Below, piece after piece: positions 9,826 to 18,886 of a DNA stretch of 35,870 nucleotides; position 1 is the first letter of the stretch; the number at the start of each line of letters is the position of its first letter. A model generated the notes under the pieces. The model worked only from the letters and a program-made list of their open reading frames with translations, was not told the DNA's origin and did not search any database. The DNA is from Bacteroidia bacterium (GTDB taxonomy: Bacteria; Bacteroidota; Bacteroidia; Chitinophagales; Saprospiraceae). The stretch is taken from contig JAUIIF010000001.1 in assembly GCA_030431945.1 (NCBI GenBank), forward strand, positions 1-35,870, written 5' to 3'. The translations under genes and the position numbers were made by a program.

Positions 9826-10368
9826 TTAGTTACGCGAAGGGAAGGTACCCTGGAGAGCAATAATATAATTTACCACTGTGAATGGCTGAATATTATTGAC
9901 GCCAGTGCTGTTACCCGTATTCTGGGTGGTGCCGCTCAGGTTAATCGGTCCGCCGCCGTAGGAACCTCCGGGGGCACCATGGTAGAATGTTCCGTTAGCC
10001 AGGTACTTACCGTTAGCTTCATCCTGGTCAGCATCCTCAGTGCTCACGGGGATGCTTGCCGTCCCCGTCGAAAGGCCGTGATTGTGTGCAGGAATCTGGG
10101 CAAAACTGAGGAAATTTTCCTGTGATCCGCCTCTTTCGCCTAAACGGCGGTCCGTCAGACCTGGCCCTCTGCCTTCGTGTACGGGAGCACGCCCCCGCAT
10201 GTCCGGTAAGCCAAAGGTAGTGCGTCCGTCTCCGCCGTAGGTGGTGCCCAGAATTGAGAACAAAGCCGTATTCTGAGCGATGGCGAGTAACTGACCATTA
10301 CAAAGTGCCCAACCTCGCGGTGCAAAGTTGCCGCCAAACATCATCATTTGGCCGATAAATGGAGTCAT
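9826..10368 (-). CDS. Phage tail collar domain protein (microcystin-dependent protein MdpB-like), copy 2
   Basis: PFIGQ..FGGNFAPRGWALCNGQLL, ALFSILGTTYGGDGRTTFGLPD.RGR, PAHNH, and C-terminal NYIIALQGTFPSRN. Confidence 0.92.
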   Translation of the reverse strand: MTPFIGQMMMFGGNFAPRGWALCNGQLLAIAQNTALFSILGTTYGGDGRTTFGLPDMRGRAPVHEGRGPGLTDRRLGERGGSQENFLSFAQIPAHNHGLSTGTASIPVSTEDADQDEANGKYLANGTFYHGAPGGSYGGGPINLSGTTQNTGNSTGVNNIQPFTVVNYIIALQGTFPSRN

Positions 10369-10451
10369 GTGATTTATTTTTTTGCTGAACGCCTATCCGG
10401 AAACAGCCGATCAGTGTTAGTTCATAAAATGTTGGAACGTGGTGCTCCACA

Positions 10452-10994
10452 CTAGTTGCGGGAAGGGAAAATCCCCACCAGGGCAATAATATAGTTGATC
10501 GCCTGGTACGGCTGCATATTATTGATGGACTGGTTGGCCCCCGTGTTAGTGGTCGTTCCGCCAAGGTTTATCGGTCCGCCACCGTAGGTTCCTCCCGGAG
10601 CGTTGTGGTAAAAAGTTCCGTTGGCCAGGTACTTACCGTTGGCCTCGTCCTGGTTGGCATCCTCCGTACTAACGGGAATGTTCACGGTGCCCGTCGCTAG
10701 TCCGTGGTTATGGGAGGGCAGTTGGTTGACGTTGAGGGTGTTGGTCTCCGTACCACTCTTCTGTCCTAATTGACGCGGCGTTAACCCTGGTCCACTGCCA
10801 GCATGCATGGCCACCCGGCCGCGCAGGTCCGGCAGGCCAAAAGTAGTGCGTCCGTCGCCGCCGTAAGTCGTACCGAGGATAGAGAAAAGAGCCTGGTTCT
10901 GGCTGATGGCTAATAACTGGCCGTCACAGAAAGCCCAGCCGCGAGGGGCAAAATTGCCTCCGAACATGGAGATTTGGCCGATAAATGGTTCCAT
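10452..10994 (-). CDS. Phage tail collar domain protein (MdpB-like), copy 1
   Basis: Same motifs as copy 2. Start moved to MEPFIGQ (ATG at 10994), which gives 180 aa exactly collinear with the neighbour. Confidence 0.92.
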   Translation of the reverse strand: MEPFIGQISMFGGNFAPRGWAFCDGQLLAISQNQALFSILGTTYGGDGRTTFGLPDLRGRVAMHAGSGPGLTPRQLGQKSGTETNTLNVNQLPSHNHGLATGTVNIPVSTEDANQDEANGKYLANGTFYHNAPGGTYGGGPINLGGTTTNTGANQSINNMQPYQAINYIIALVGIFPSRN

Positions 10995-11081
10995 AAAATA
11001 CAGGTTTTTTTTGCTGCTTAAGATTAAGTCAGCGGATGAAGTGATTTCTAGCCCCAAGCAAGCGAAAGCTCACTCAGAGAA

Positions 11082-11139
11082 CAAAATTAATAGGAGCAAT
11101 AGCCGTGTTTATCCTTAAGCCTTTAGGTAGAACTACCTA
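11082..11139 (-). promoter_or_regulatory. Bacteroidota -7 promoter element plus upstream 7-2-7 palindrome for the tail-collar genes
   Basis: TAATTTTG on the minus strand (11089-11082) matches TAnnTTTG; perfect TAGGTAG-AA-CTACCTA at 11124-11139. Confidence 0.65.
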
Positions 11140-11692
11140 CTCATCGCTTTCTGAAGATAAAAGCAGTCACTCACGGTAGCCGTAAGTTTAGCGGGAGCGG
11201 TAAGCCGGTTCAAGCAGCAGGAAGTTTGCTAAAATCAGTGTCGTTTATCTTGTGCTGGCAACGCTGCCAGTTTTTTTTAAAATCTGCAGCTCGTCAACAG
11301 CACAAAGAAATTTCAATAGGTAATTCCACAGGTTAATATAGGAATAAACTTATAGTGATGGGAAAAAAAGTACTTTTCCAGCAAAATTTACCTGCCAACG
11401 CCCGGTTTTTTTTGGGTGAAAAGTACTCGTACGCTTTTCGCGCCTGCTAACAATAGCCGTCAAAACAGAATTAAGATGCGTTGAGGCAAGCCCGACTCCC
11501 TTCGTGGGGGCCTGAATTATCCAGGTATCCACGTCAGCAACGCCTGAAGCGATTTGACCACAGCGTCCTTTTTAGCAAACGCGCGCGCCAATGACCTTGC
11601 ACCTGCGCTGCATTATGTATACCGCAGCGTATTTCACCTGCGGCAGGACCGATGCATGCCTACAGCATTAAGTTGCTCAACAGTACCTAAGC

Positions 11693-12160
11693 CTATCCCA
11701 GTTTAGCCGCCATTTCCGGCAGGCCCTGGTTGCGGGCCTGGTCTGCGGCCGTCAGGCCCTGAGCATCCTTTGCACCTGCGTCCGCGCCCGCTGCCAAAAG
11801 CAGGTCAACGATCTCCGGTTTATTGAACATCGCCGCATAATGCAAGGCAGTGGTACCGTTTTCACTCTTTGCGTTAACGTCCGCGCCAGCTGCCAGCAAA
11901 TAGCGCACAATAGCGGAATGACCTTTGAAGCAAACGCCCATCAAGGCCGTTCCGCTCACATCGCTGGCGTTGAGGTCCGCACCAGCCTCCACCAAAATTT
12001 TTGCCGCCTCCAGGTTATTCAAATAGGTCGCCAGAGTAAGCGGTGGGGTGCCCCGTTCATTACGGGCCGCCAGCAGCGCAGGGTTTGCGGTTACCAGCTT
12101 GCGCAGCGTGGCAGCATCTCCTGCTCGAATGGCCAGGAATAGTTGTTCGGTAGTAGACAT
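11693..12160 (-). CDS. Ankyrin repeat protein (similar in type to catalase-associated ankyrins)
   Basis: Repeats GTPPLTLATY..., GTALMGVCFKG...LLAAGADVN, GTTALHYAAMFN...LLAAGAD and GLTAADQA. Confidence 0.92.
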   Translation of the reverse strand: MSTTEQLFLAIRAGDAATLRKLVTANPALLAARNERGTPPLTLATYLNNLEAAKILVEAGADLNASDVSGTALMGVCFKGHSAIVRYLLAAGADVNAKSENGTTALHYAAMFNKPEIVDLLLAAGADAGAKDAQGLTAADQARNQGLPEMAAKLG

Positions 12161-12330
12161 CGGACTCGATTTTCAGGTACGCTTGATTACGCAGACCAGG
12201 TAGCCGGCGAGATAATGGAAGGGGCGCGAACGCAGGTGCAAAAAAAGATACAAGTGCCAACCGGCTCGCTGAGGGAATACGAAGGTAAGTGTCCTTGTCT
12301 TATCTTGAAAATTGATTAATACGGGTCGTC

Positions 12331-12345
12331 ATAGCTAAAAACTAT
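12331..12345. promoter_or_regulatory. OxyR-type box ATAG-N7-CTAT upstream of the ankyrin gene
   Basis: ATAG-CTAAAAA-CTAT, 170 bp upstream of the ankyrin start. Confidence 0.6.
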
Positions 12346-12500
12346 TTGCTGCCGGGATTCCCTTTCGGAAACGTTACGCATCCCGGCAATTTCCCGGCCA
12401 GGTCCGGCGGTCGGTTCAGGGGCCCGGGACACCGGTCAATTTGCCATAGCGTGCAAGCGCTCCTTAAGCACCCTACCCCGCAACAGCGGGCCCCGGCTCA

Positions 12501-12537
12501 ACCGTTCAGAACAAAAACAGTACCGTTCAGCACAAAT
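12501..12537 (+). promoter_or_regulatory. LytTR-type direct repeat (9-12-9)
   Basis: ACCGTTCAG-AACAAAAACAGT-ACCGTTCAG-CACAAAT; 21-bp period as in AgrA-type sites. Confidence 0.75.
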
Positions 12538-12605
12538 ACTGGCTGATCTCCTGATTTCCACCCCGCTTGATAATATCTTGTTTGAGAAACACTGATTTAC
12601 ACGTT

Positions 12606-12657
12606 ACCTCTGGTTCACTAGCACAAATCGAGCTAGAGTAACCAGAGGTTTTTTTTT
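12606..12657 (+). terminator. Intrinsic terminator-like hairpin in the leader of the 936-aa gene
   Basis: ACCTCTGGTT-CACTAGC...GCTAGAGT-AACCAGAGGT followed by a T run. Confidence 0.65.
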
Positions 12658-12732
12658 GATTTTTTCCGGGTCAAGGCAGCTTACGCTAGTTTTGTTCCTG
12701 ATGATCAGCCTCCCTAATTAAGCAATGCTATC

Positions 12733-15543
12733 ATGAAATACCTGATCACTACTTGTCTTCTGGTCCTTACCGCAACCTTACTCCTCGGTCAACCTGCTAC
12801 CGCAGGTTCTGTCTGTGAAGACGACGATTGCTCGGAGGCGGTTAAAAGCATCAAACTGGAAGCGCCGGTTGACCCCGGGGCAACGGGATACACCAGCGAT
12901 CGGACCGCAGCCTTTAAAAGTGCCTACCTGGCCTTCAAGCGCATTAAGGAGGGACACCTGGCGGACGCCAGCTGGCGGGGGAAATATCAGCGCTTCGAAC
13001 TCGGGGGGAGCAACTGCCTGCGGTATTACGATCTGGAAAGCCGCTTCGCCTACGAATATGAGAAGAATCCGGATTTCAAAACCTTTATTGACCAGGAAGA
13101 ACGGGATATTACCGGCTTCCAAAAGTCCGGCTTCGATAGTAGCCGGCGGGGCATCAACCTTTCCACTCGTTTCAAGCGGGATTGCCCGCAGAAACTGCGG
13201 GAAGCAGAAAAGGATGGCCTCTCGGACGATGAGGAGACCAAGCGCATTTACGATAAGCTGGGCCAGGTACAGGGCTACTGGGATGAAAAAGGCAACACAC
13301 TCAAACAATTAGAGCCCATCCCCGAAAAAACGGAGGAAGACACTCCCCAGCGGCGCATGAGTAAGAAAGAACAGGTGGAAGCACTTACCCGGCAAGTTGC
13401 GGCTCTTCCACTCGGCCAGGAAACCACCGACAAGCTGAATACCCTGACGCAGGACCTTAACGACCTTGCCCCGCAGGCCAGCAAGCTGACGGATCAGCTG
13501 GGGGGTATTACTGACCAGCTGCAAGACCTGCTCCCCCAACCCAATGGCCTCCTGGATAAAATTGGCAACCTGCTCGGAATGCAGCAGCCGCTCTCGGAGT
13601 ATGTCCCGAAAATCCCTGGAACAGGGATTGTGGATAAGATCAAAGATTTCTTCGGGCGGGGGAAAAAACTACGGGAAAAGGCCGCAGCAATGCAGGAGAA
13701 AGTAAAAAATTTGCAGGACCAGCTGGGAGACACCGTAGAGGAAGCCAAACAAAAAGGCCAGGAAATTGCCGACCAGGGAAAAGGCGCCCGTCAACTACTC
13801 GATCAACTAAAAGACCTGCAAGAGCAGCAACAGGCACTCCGGGATAAGCTGGCAGATAAGCCCCGTAGGATCCTGGATGAATTGACCGAGGCCGCGAAAG
13901 CGGCGGAACAACGTAGTGAGGAATTACTGGACCAGCTAAAGCAAGGAACAAATGATCTTGGTAAGCTCAGGCAGGAACTGAAGGACCTGGAAGACAAGAA
14001 AAAAGCACTCGATGAACGAATCCGCCAGACAAAAGAGGACCTTCAGCAAATAGAAAAAGACGAAGAAGCGCTGGAACAAGCCGGCCAGGACCTCCAGGAC
14101 GAGGTAGATCAGCTCAAAAAACAGGAAGAGTTGAAGGAGCAGGTAGCAGACCTGGAACCAACGACCGCCTACGCCCAACAGGCGGCAGCTTGTGAGGAGG
14201 AGCTGCGCGAGTTGCTCGACAAGCTCGCCGGCGTAGAGCAGAAAAAAGAGAAGGCACGATCCGGGCTCGGCAAGCTGCTGTCCTTCCCCGGCAAACTGTT
14301 AGGCAAGGTGACTGGCTTTATCGAAAAGCACTCCGGACTGAAAGCCATTCTAAGTGCCCTGCCCGGGGTGGGCAACCTGGTGAACCTGGTGGACGGCTTA
14401 TTCGGGAAAAGTAAGCTGATTGCCGGTGCCCTGGAGCTGATTACGGGCAAGCAATCTAAGTTGATGGACACCATCAACGGGATTAGCCAAAAAGTGGAAA
14501 CGGTAAAAAATAAGGTCCAGGGCCGGGTTGACCAGGTAACTAAGGTCAAAGATCAGATTACCGGCTTTGCGCAGGAAAAGACGGATTTACTCGACGTGCT
14601 GGGTAAGCAAATTGATGACCTCAACCCCGTACAACAACAGGTCATTGACCTGGTGAGGAAGCATAAACTTCTGGGCGAGAACTCTGCTTGTAATGATTTA
14701 AACCAGGAGGAAACGGAGGTTGAGGAATTGGAAGAGGAAATCGACGAAGTTGAAGCACAAATTACCGAAATAGAAGATGAGCTTACGGACCTGGAACAAC
14801 AGACAACGGAAATTGAGGAGGCTACCGAGGAAGTAGAAAATCAGGTAGCGGAAGTAGTTGAACAGGAAGAAGAAGTTGCTGCGGAAGAAGAGGCCATCAA
14901 AGAGGAGTTTGGCCAGGACATGGAGCTGGAGCCGGTTACGGTGGAGGAGTGGTCGGAATCTTTTGAGGTTGTCCGGCCTTACTGGGAAGCTACGTTCCAC
15001 CCTGACGACGAAGTGGTCGAAGGTTATCAGGGACGTTATTTTCAGGTTCAGCTGAAAGACGCGGACAAGACCATCAAATTGCTCTTTGGGCCAGGAGAGT
15101 ACCACATGAGTAAAACGGATTTCCGGGATAATTACGGCTCCGTCATCGGAGCCTTTGTCACTGAAGCACTGGCGGCTATTCGTAAGCGTGACCGGGACGG
15201 GGTAAAGCTCTTCGTTCAGGGCAGCGCCGACATTTCCGGAGCGACGACGTTCCGCGGCAACCTGGATGAGTCTTACTACTACGATAAACTTAGCTTGCTC
15301 CCCATGAAGGGAAGTGAAAACTTCTCCGGTCAGGAAACAAGTACATCCATTCCCGCAAGAGGCTTTACCAATGAGCACCTGCCCAATTTACGCGGCCAGT
15401 TCATGAAAGAAATGATCAGCGTGTATTCCAAAAAATTACAGCCCATTCTGCTGGAAGGCTCCGTGAAGAAAGAAGTGGACAAGGAAGACCGGAATGCCGT
15501 CATTTATCTTTTCCTGCCGGCCACTTTGCTGGATTTGGACTAG
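12733..15543 (+). CDS. Secreted 936-aa long coiled-coil protein with a divergent OmpA-like C-terminal domain
   Basis: Signal peptide MKYLITTCLLVLTATLLLG|Q; long K/E/Q/L heptad tracts; an acidic tract; C-terminal LLFGPGEY...FVQGSAD...NEHLPNLRG resembles the OmpA_C pattern F...G.xD...N..L...R. The ORF is clear, the domain call is tentative. Confidence 0.75.
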   Translation: MKYLITTCLLVLTATLLLGQPATAGSVCEDDDCSEAVKSIKLEAPVDPGATGYTSDRTAAFKSAYLAFKRIKEGHLADASWRGKYQRFELGGSNCLRYYDLESRFAYEYEKNPDFKTFIDQEERDITGFQKSGFDSSRRGINLSTRFKRDCPQKLREAEKDGLSDDEETKRIYDKLGQVQGYWDEKGNTLKQLEPIPEKTEEDTPQRRMSKKEQVEALTRQVAALPLGQETTDKLNTLTQDLNDLAPQASKLTDQLGGITDQLQDLLPQPNGLLDKIGNLLGMQQPLSEYVPKIPGTGIVDKIKDFFGRGKKLREKAAAMQEKVKNLQDQLGDTVEEAKQKGQEIADQGKGARQLLDQLKDLQEQQQALRDKLADKPRRILDELTEAAKAAEQRSEELLDQLKQGTNDLGKLRQELKDLEDKKKALDERIRQTKEDLQQIEKDEEALEQAGQDLQDEVDQLKKQEELKEQVADLEPTTAYAQQAAACEEELRELLDKLAGVEQKKEKARSGLGKLLSFPGKLLGKVTGFIEKHSGLKAILSALPGVGNLVNLVDGLFGKSKLIAGALELITGKQSKLMDTINGISQKVETVKNKVQGRVDQVTKVKDQITGFAQEKTDLLDVLGKQIDDLNPVQQQVIDLVRKHKLLGENSACNDLNQEETEVEELEEEIDEVEAQITEIEDELTDLEQQTTEIEEATEEVENQVAEVVEQEEEVAAEEEAIKEEFGQDMELEPVTVEEWSESFEVVRPYWEATFHPDDEVVEGYQGRYFQVQLKDADKTIKLLFGPGEYHMSKTDFRDNYGSVIGAFVTEALAAIRKRDRDGVKLFVQGSADISGATTFRGNLDESYYYDKLSLLPMKGSENFSGQETSTSIPARGFTNEHLPNLRGQFMKEMISVYSKKLQPILLEGSVKKEVDKEDRNAVIYLFLPATLLDLD

Positions 15544-15718
15544 TACCCTGCAACATAGTTTTTACGCCGGTGTTTTGGCCCCTGGCCAGCGGAAAGATTG
15601 CGAACACAGCCATAGCTACGGGAGTAAATTTTTTCGCGAAGGCAGGGGCCAAAAGACCGGGTAAAAACAGCGCGTACCTAGATTACAGTACACTGGTCTC
15701 AGCGTTCCCAAAAAACAT

Positions 15719-17533
15719 TCAAAAGCTACCGAGGAACCTTTCGAAATTCCGTCTGTGCGCTCGTTCTTCCGGCTCCAGGGAAGGGTTATTCTTCTTGCGA
15801 AAATGAATAACGGTTACTGCACCCTGGTCATTATGGATGGCGACGGAGCCATTTAGTTGCCGGCTCATGCTTCGCAAAATGTGAAAGCCGAGGTTCCCTG
15901 ATTTTGCAGACGTCACCTCTTCCGGAAAGCCCGGCCCATTGTCCCGGTAAGTGAGCACAAATTGGTTTTCTTCCGTTACGGAAATCCTGGTTTGGATGTT
16001 GAGTTGATCGCCTTCACCTTCTCCGGTGGCGTATTTACGGGTATTAACGACTAATTCATTAAGCATCATCCCCAACGGCACTAAGGTATCCTGGTTAAAT
16101 TGCAGGTCAGGCAGATCGAATACAAAGTTGGGCGCAAGATGTTCTCCCCAAAGCCCCCGCCAGTGGACGGCGAGGTTGCGCAAATAAGCTTCAAAACTGT
16201 TGACGGCTACGCCATCACGTTGGTAGAGCATTTGGTGTACAGAGGCAATGGTGTATACCTTTCCTGAAATGTCCTGCAACAACTGCAAATCCTGCTGATC
16301 AGGCCGGTTGGTCTGGTGCAGGTCCAACAAGCTGATGATGAGCTGTAGGTTATTACTGACCCGATGGTGGACTTCCCCCCGGAGTAATTCCTGGTACTTA
16401 AGGGCGCTGCGTAGTTTATTATTGAGCGTATTAAAGCGGAACAGAAAGTAGACGAGCACGCCACACAAAAGCACAAACAGCCCCCCTACGGCAGACCACA
16501 TCACCGAACTGTAGTGCGCAAATTCCAGTTCTTTTTGCTGGTCCTGAATGATGGACCGCTGTTCATTTAGTTCGTAGGTCCGGGTTAGTTCCTGCAATTC
16601 CCGCGAATCGTTCTCTTCCTTGAGGGCTAGCCGTATCTCATACCAGTTCTCCCGGTAACCGAGGGCTTGCTCGTACCGCTCCAACAACAGATTTGCCCGG
16701 TAGAGCAAGTCATTACCGTACATTTTATCATAGTTAGTCATCTTATGGCCGGCCACGGCGAAAGCCTCTTCTACCAACTTAATAGACTCTTCGGGTGCGC
16801 CCAGGTCAAGGTGTACCTGGGCCATTTCCATCCGCACGTGCGTCTGCCGGTACAGAACACCGGTGCTGTCAAATACGGGTAAGGCCTGGCGAAACAGGCT
16901 CAAGGCTTTTTGTAGGTCTTGCCGACTCCGGTACATGATTCCCCGCCACAGCAAATTATCAGCGACCAGATTGGCGGGGCTACCCATCTGGCGAACAATG
17001 TGTTCGCAATCTTCCATTAGGGCGAGTCCGGTAGTTACGTCTCCGCTTTTATAGTGCGTAACGGCCAGGTTGAGTTGTGCGTCGTAGCGTACGTGACGGT
17101 CATCCCCTTTTTCGGCTAATTCAAGTACCCGGCCGTAATAGCGTAAAGCATCTTCCCAGCGTCCTTCAATTTCCACTGCGCGGCCCAGCCACTGGATAAA
17201 CCTGATGCGTTGGTCTGGCAGCTCCAATTGAGTCGCCAGGTCATATCCCCTGAGCGCTAAACGAGAGGCCTCTTCTGATTGATAAAGGCGATAGTGACAC
17301 TTTATGTACTTATCCAGAATGTCCAAATAGTATTGTGGAGTTGCCACGGAATCAACCAGGGAAAGGGCCTGGGCAATGGGAGCTTTTGCCTCAACGAAGT
17401 TGTCCTTCTCATCACATAAATGGACGCCGAGTTGAAAAAGGCTGTCAATTCTACCCGTAGGAACAGGGGTATTCCCTTTCAGGTAAGTACCCAAAAAGCC
17501 CAGTAGCCATACAGCAAGCAAATACTTTTTCAT
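15719..17533 (-). CDS. TPR-containing sensor histidine kinase (HisKA_2 type)
   Basis: Signal peptide, periplasmic TPR-like helices, one TM (SAVGGLFVLLCGVLVYFLF), EVHHRVSNNLQ H-box, NELVVNTRKYA, DNGPGF and NLGFHIL. Confidence 0.92.
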   Translation of the reverse strand: MKKYLLAVWLLGFLGTYLKGNTPVPTGRIDSLFQLGVHLCDEKDNFVEAKAPIAQALSLVDSVATPQYYLDILDKYIKCHYRLYQSEEASRLALRGYDLATQLELPDQRIRFIQWLGRAVEIEGRWEDALRYYGRVLELAEKGDDRHVRYDAQLNLAVTHYKSGDVTTGLALMEDCEHIVRQMGSPANLVADNLLWRGIMYRSRQDLQKALSLFRQALPVFDSTGVLYRQTHVRMEMAQVHLDLGAPEESIKLVEEAFAVAGHKMTNYDKMYGNDLLYRANLLLERYEQALGYRENWYEIRLALKEENDSRELQELTRTYELNEQRSIIQDQQKELEFAHYSSVMWSAVGGLFVLLCGVLVYFLFRFNTLNNKLRSALKYQELLRGEVHHRVSNNLQLIISLLDLHQTNRPDQQDLQLLQDISGKVYTIASVHQMLYQRDGVAVNSFEAYLRNLAVHWRGLWGEHLAPNFVFDLPDLQFNQDTLVPLGMMLNELVVNTRKYATGEGEGDQLNIQTRISVTEENQFVLTYRDNGPGFPEEVTSAKSGNLGFHILRSMSRQLNGSVAIHNDQGAVTVIHFRKKNNPSLEPEERAHRRNFERFLGSF

Positions 17534-17768
17534 TGAAAACCAGCCAATCAGTAACAGTCTGCGGACAAACTACGAAAGGAATTCAATATTCGGCGAAATC
17601 ATAATGGATCAGCGTAGGGACAAGGAGGCATTTTCAGGACTTCTTGTCGTCTGGCACGTACGTACTACAACTAAACAAGACTACATCGCCCAGTCGTTTG
17701 TCCCTGAAGCTGCCATCACGGAGTGGAGATGCCTGCGGATTATCCCCGTTTTAATGGTCCAGCTATGT

Positions 17769-18482
17769 TCAGGCCTGGGTCAAATTAAGCCGGTCAAAAA
17801 TTTCTTTCCGCCGCCCGCGGCTTACCGGCACATGGAGATCTCCGAGAACGACGTCCTTCATCCCGTAACCGGTTACTCTTTCCAGATTAACAATATAGCT
17901 GCGGTGCGTTTGTACGAATTGTCGATTATTTAGTTTTTCCAGAAAATCCGTCAGGGTAGACCGATCCAAAAGGATCTGCCCATCGGCTAATTTTATACTT
18001 ACGTAGACGTGTTCAGCCCTGACGTAAAGAATATCGGCACTATTAATTCGGTGATGTGCACCTCCGTTTTTAACGGTAATCATCGCCCCCTCCTCCTCTT
18101 CTTCTGTTGCATTGAACAGGGACACGGCAATGGTAGTCACCAGGCTACTTACTTGCAGGGGCTTACTTAAATAGCCTGCCGGGCGTGTCTGCTTCGCTAA
18201 ACTAAGATAATGATGGTCCATCTGAGATGTCAGGTAAATAAATGGGGGGGGAGCGGGCTGTTTGCGTAAAAAATGCGCGAAATCAATGCCCGTCTTTTTC
18301 CCACTCAGCCTGATATCAATGATAACTACATCAGGTGAGAATTGCTCAAAGTAAAGGACAGCTTCCTCATAGGAGATAGCAGACCCTATCACCTGATAGC
18401 CATTCAATTCGAGATGAATCGCTATCGTATCGGCGATAAGTACTTCATCTTCAACAATCAGTACAGTTGCAGGGGTAGACAT
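17769..18482 (-). CDS. LytTR-family response regulator
   Basis: REC domain (IVEDE, IIDIRL, YLSKP) plus LytTR domain (DILYVRAEHVYV, FVQTHRSYIVN, VPVSR). Confidence 0.95.
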   Translation of the reverse strand: MSTPATVLIVEDEVLIADTIAIHLELNGYQVIGSAISYEEAVLYFEQFSPDVVIIDIRLSGKKTGIDFAHFLRKQPAPPPFIYLTSQMDHHYLSLAKQTRPAGYLSKPLQVSSLVTTIAVSLFNATEEEEEGAMITVKNGGAHHRINSADILYVRAEHVYVSIKLADGQILLDRSTLTDFLEKLNNRQFVQTHRSYIVNLERVTGYGMKDVVLGDLHVPVSRGRRKEIFDRLNLTQA

Positions 18483-18548
18483 CTGAGGTTGTTAAAATAG
18501 ATTCTCCAAATTACAACCCTCCGGCTAACCCGGTGTACTTCCCTCCCT

Positions 18549-18585
18549 ATTTGTGCTGAATGGTCGCTTATTTGTGCTGAATGGC
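18549..18585 (-). promoter_or_regulatory. LytTR-type direct repeat (9-12-9) upstream of the LytTR gene
   Basis: Minus strand GCCATTCAG-CACAAATAAGCG-ACCATTCAG-CACAAAT. Confidence 0.75.
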
Positions 18586-18871
18586 GGAGTCCTTTGGTCA
18601 ACACAGCTCCGTGCGTTAAGGAGAAATGCAAGGATAAACAGGAGTCATACCGAATTTTGGCCTTGCCCGACCTCTGTTTACGCTACAACAAGGGTGATGC
18701 GCCTGACAATTACAAATTTGGTATTCGTTGACTCTTTACCCTCCCATAAAAGCATCTGATTATCAAACACTCGCAACCTCCACCTTGTCACTTATGTCCG
18801 TTCCGTCAGAGATTTATTCTTCTAAGCCACATCCTTCTCGTCACTTGAATGTTTATCAACCAACGACTTTG

Positions 18872-18886
18872 ATAGCTATTTACTAT
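18872..18886. promoter_or_regulatory. OxyR-type box overlapping the oxyR start codon (autoregulation)
   Basis: ATAG-CTATTTA-CTAT; the last two bases are the AT of the ATG at 18885. Confidence 0.65.

Noticed and set aside
11771-11789. Dispersed-repeat copy inside the ankyrin gene as an insertion
   Set aside because: It encodes GADAGA, which fits the ankyrin consensus in frame, so it may be coincidental.
9826-15543. Prophage or contractile tail locus (tail collars plus a tape-measure-like coiled coil)
   Set aside because: No sheath, tube, baseplate, capsid, terminase or integrase genes. The coiled-coil protein has a Sec signal peptide and its own regulatory sites.
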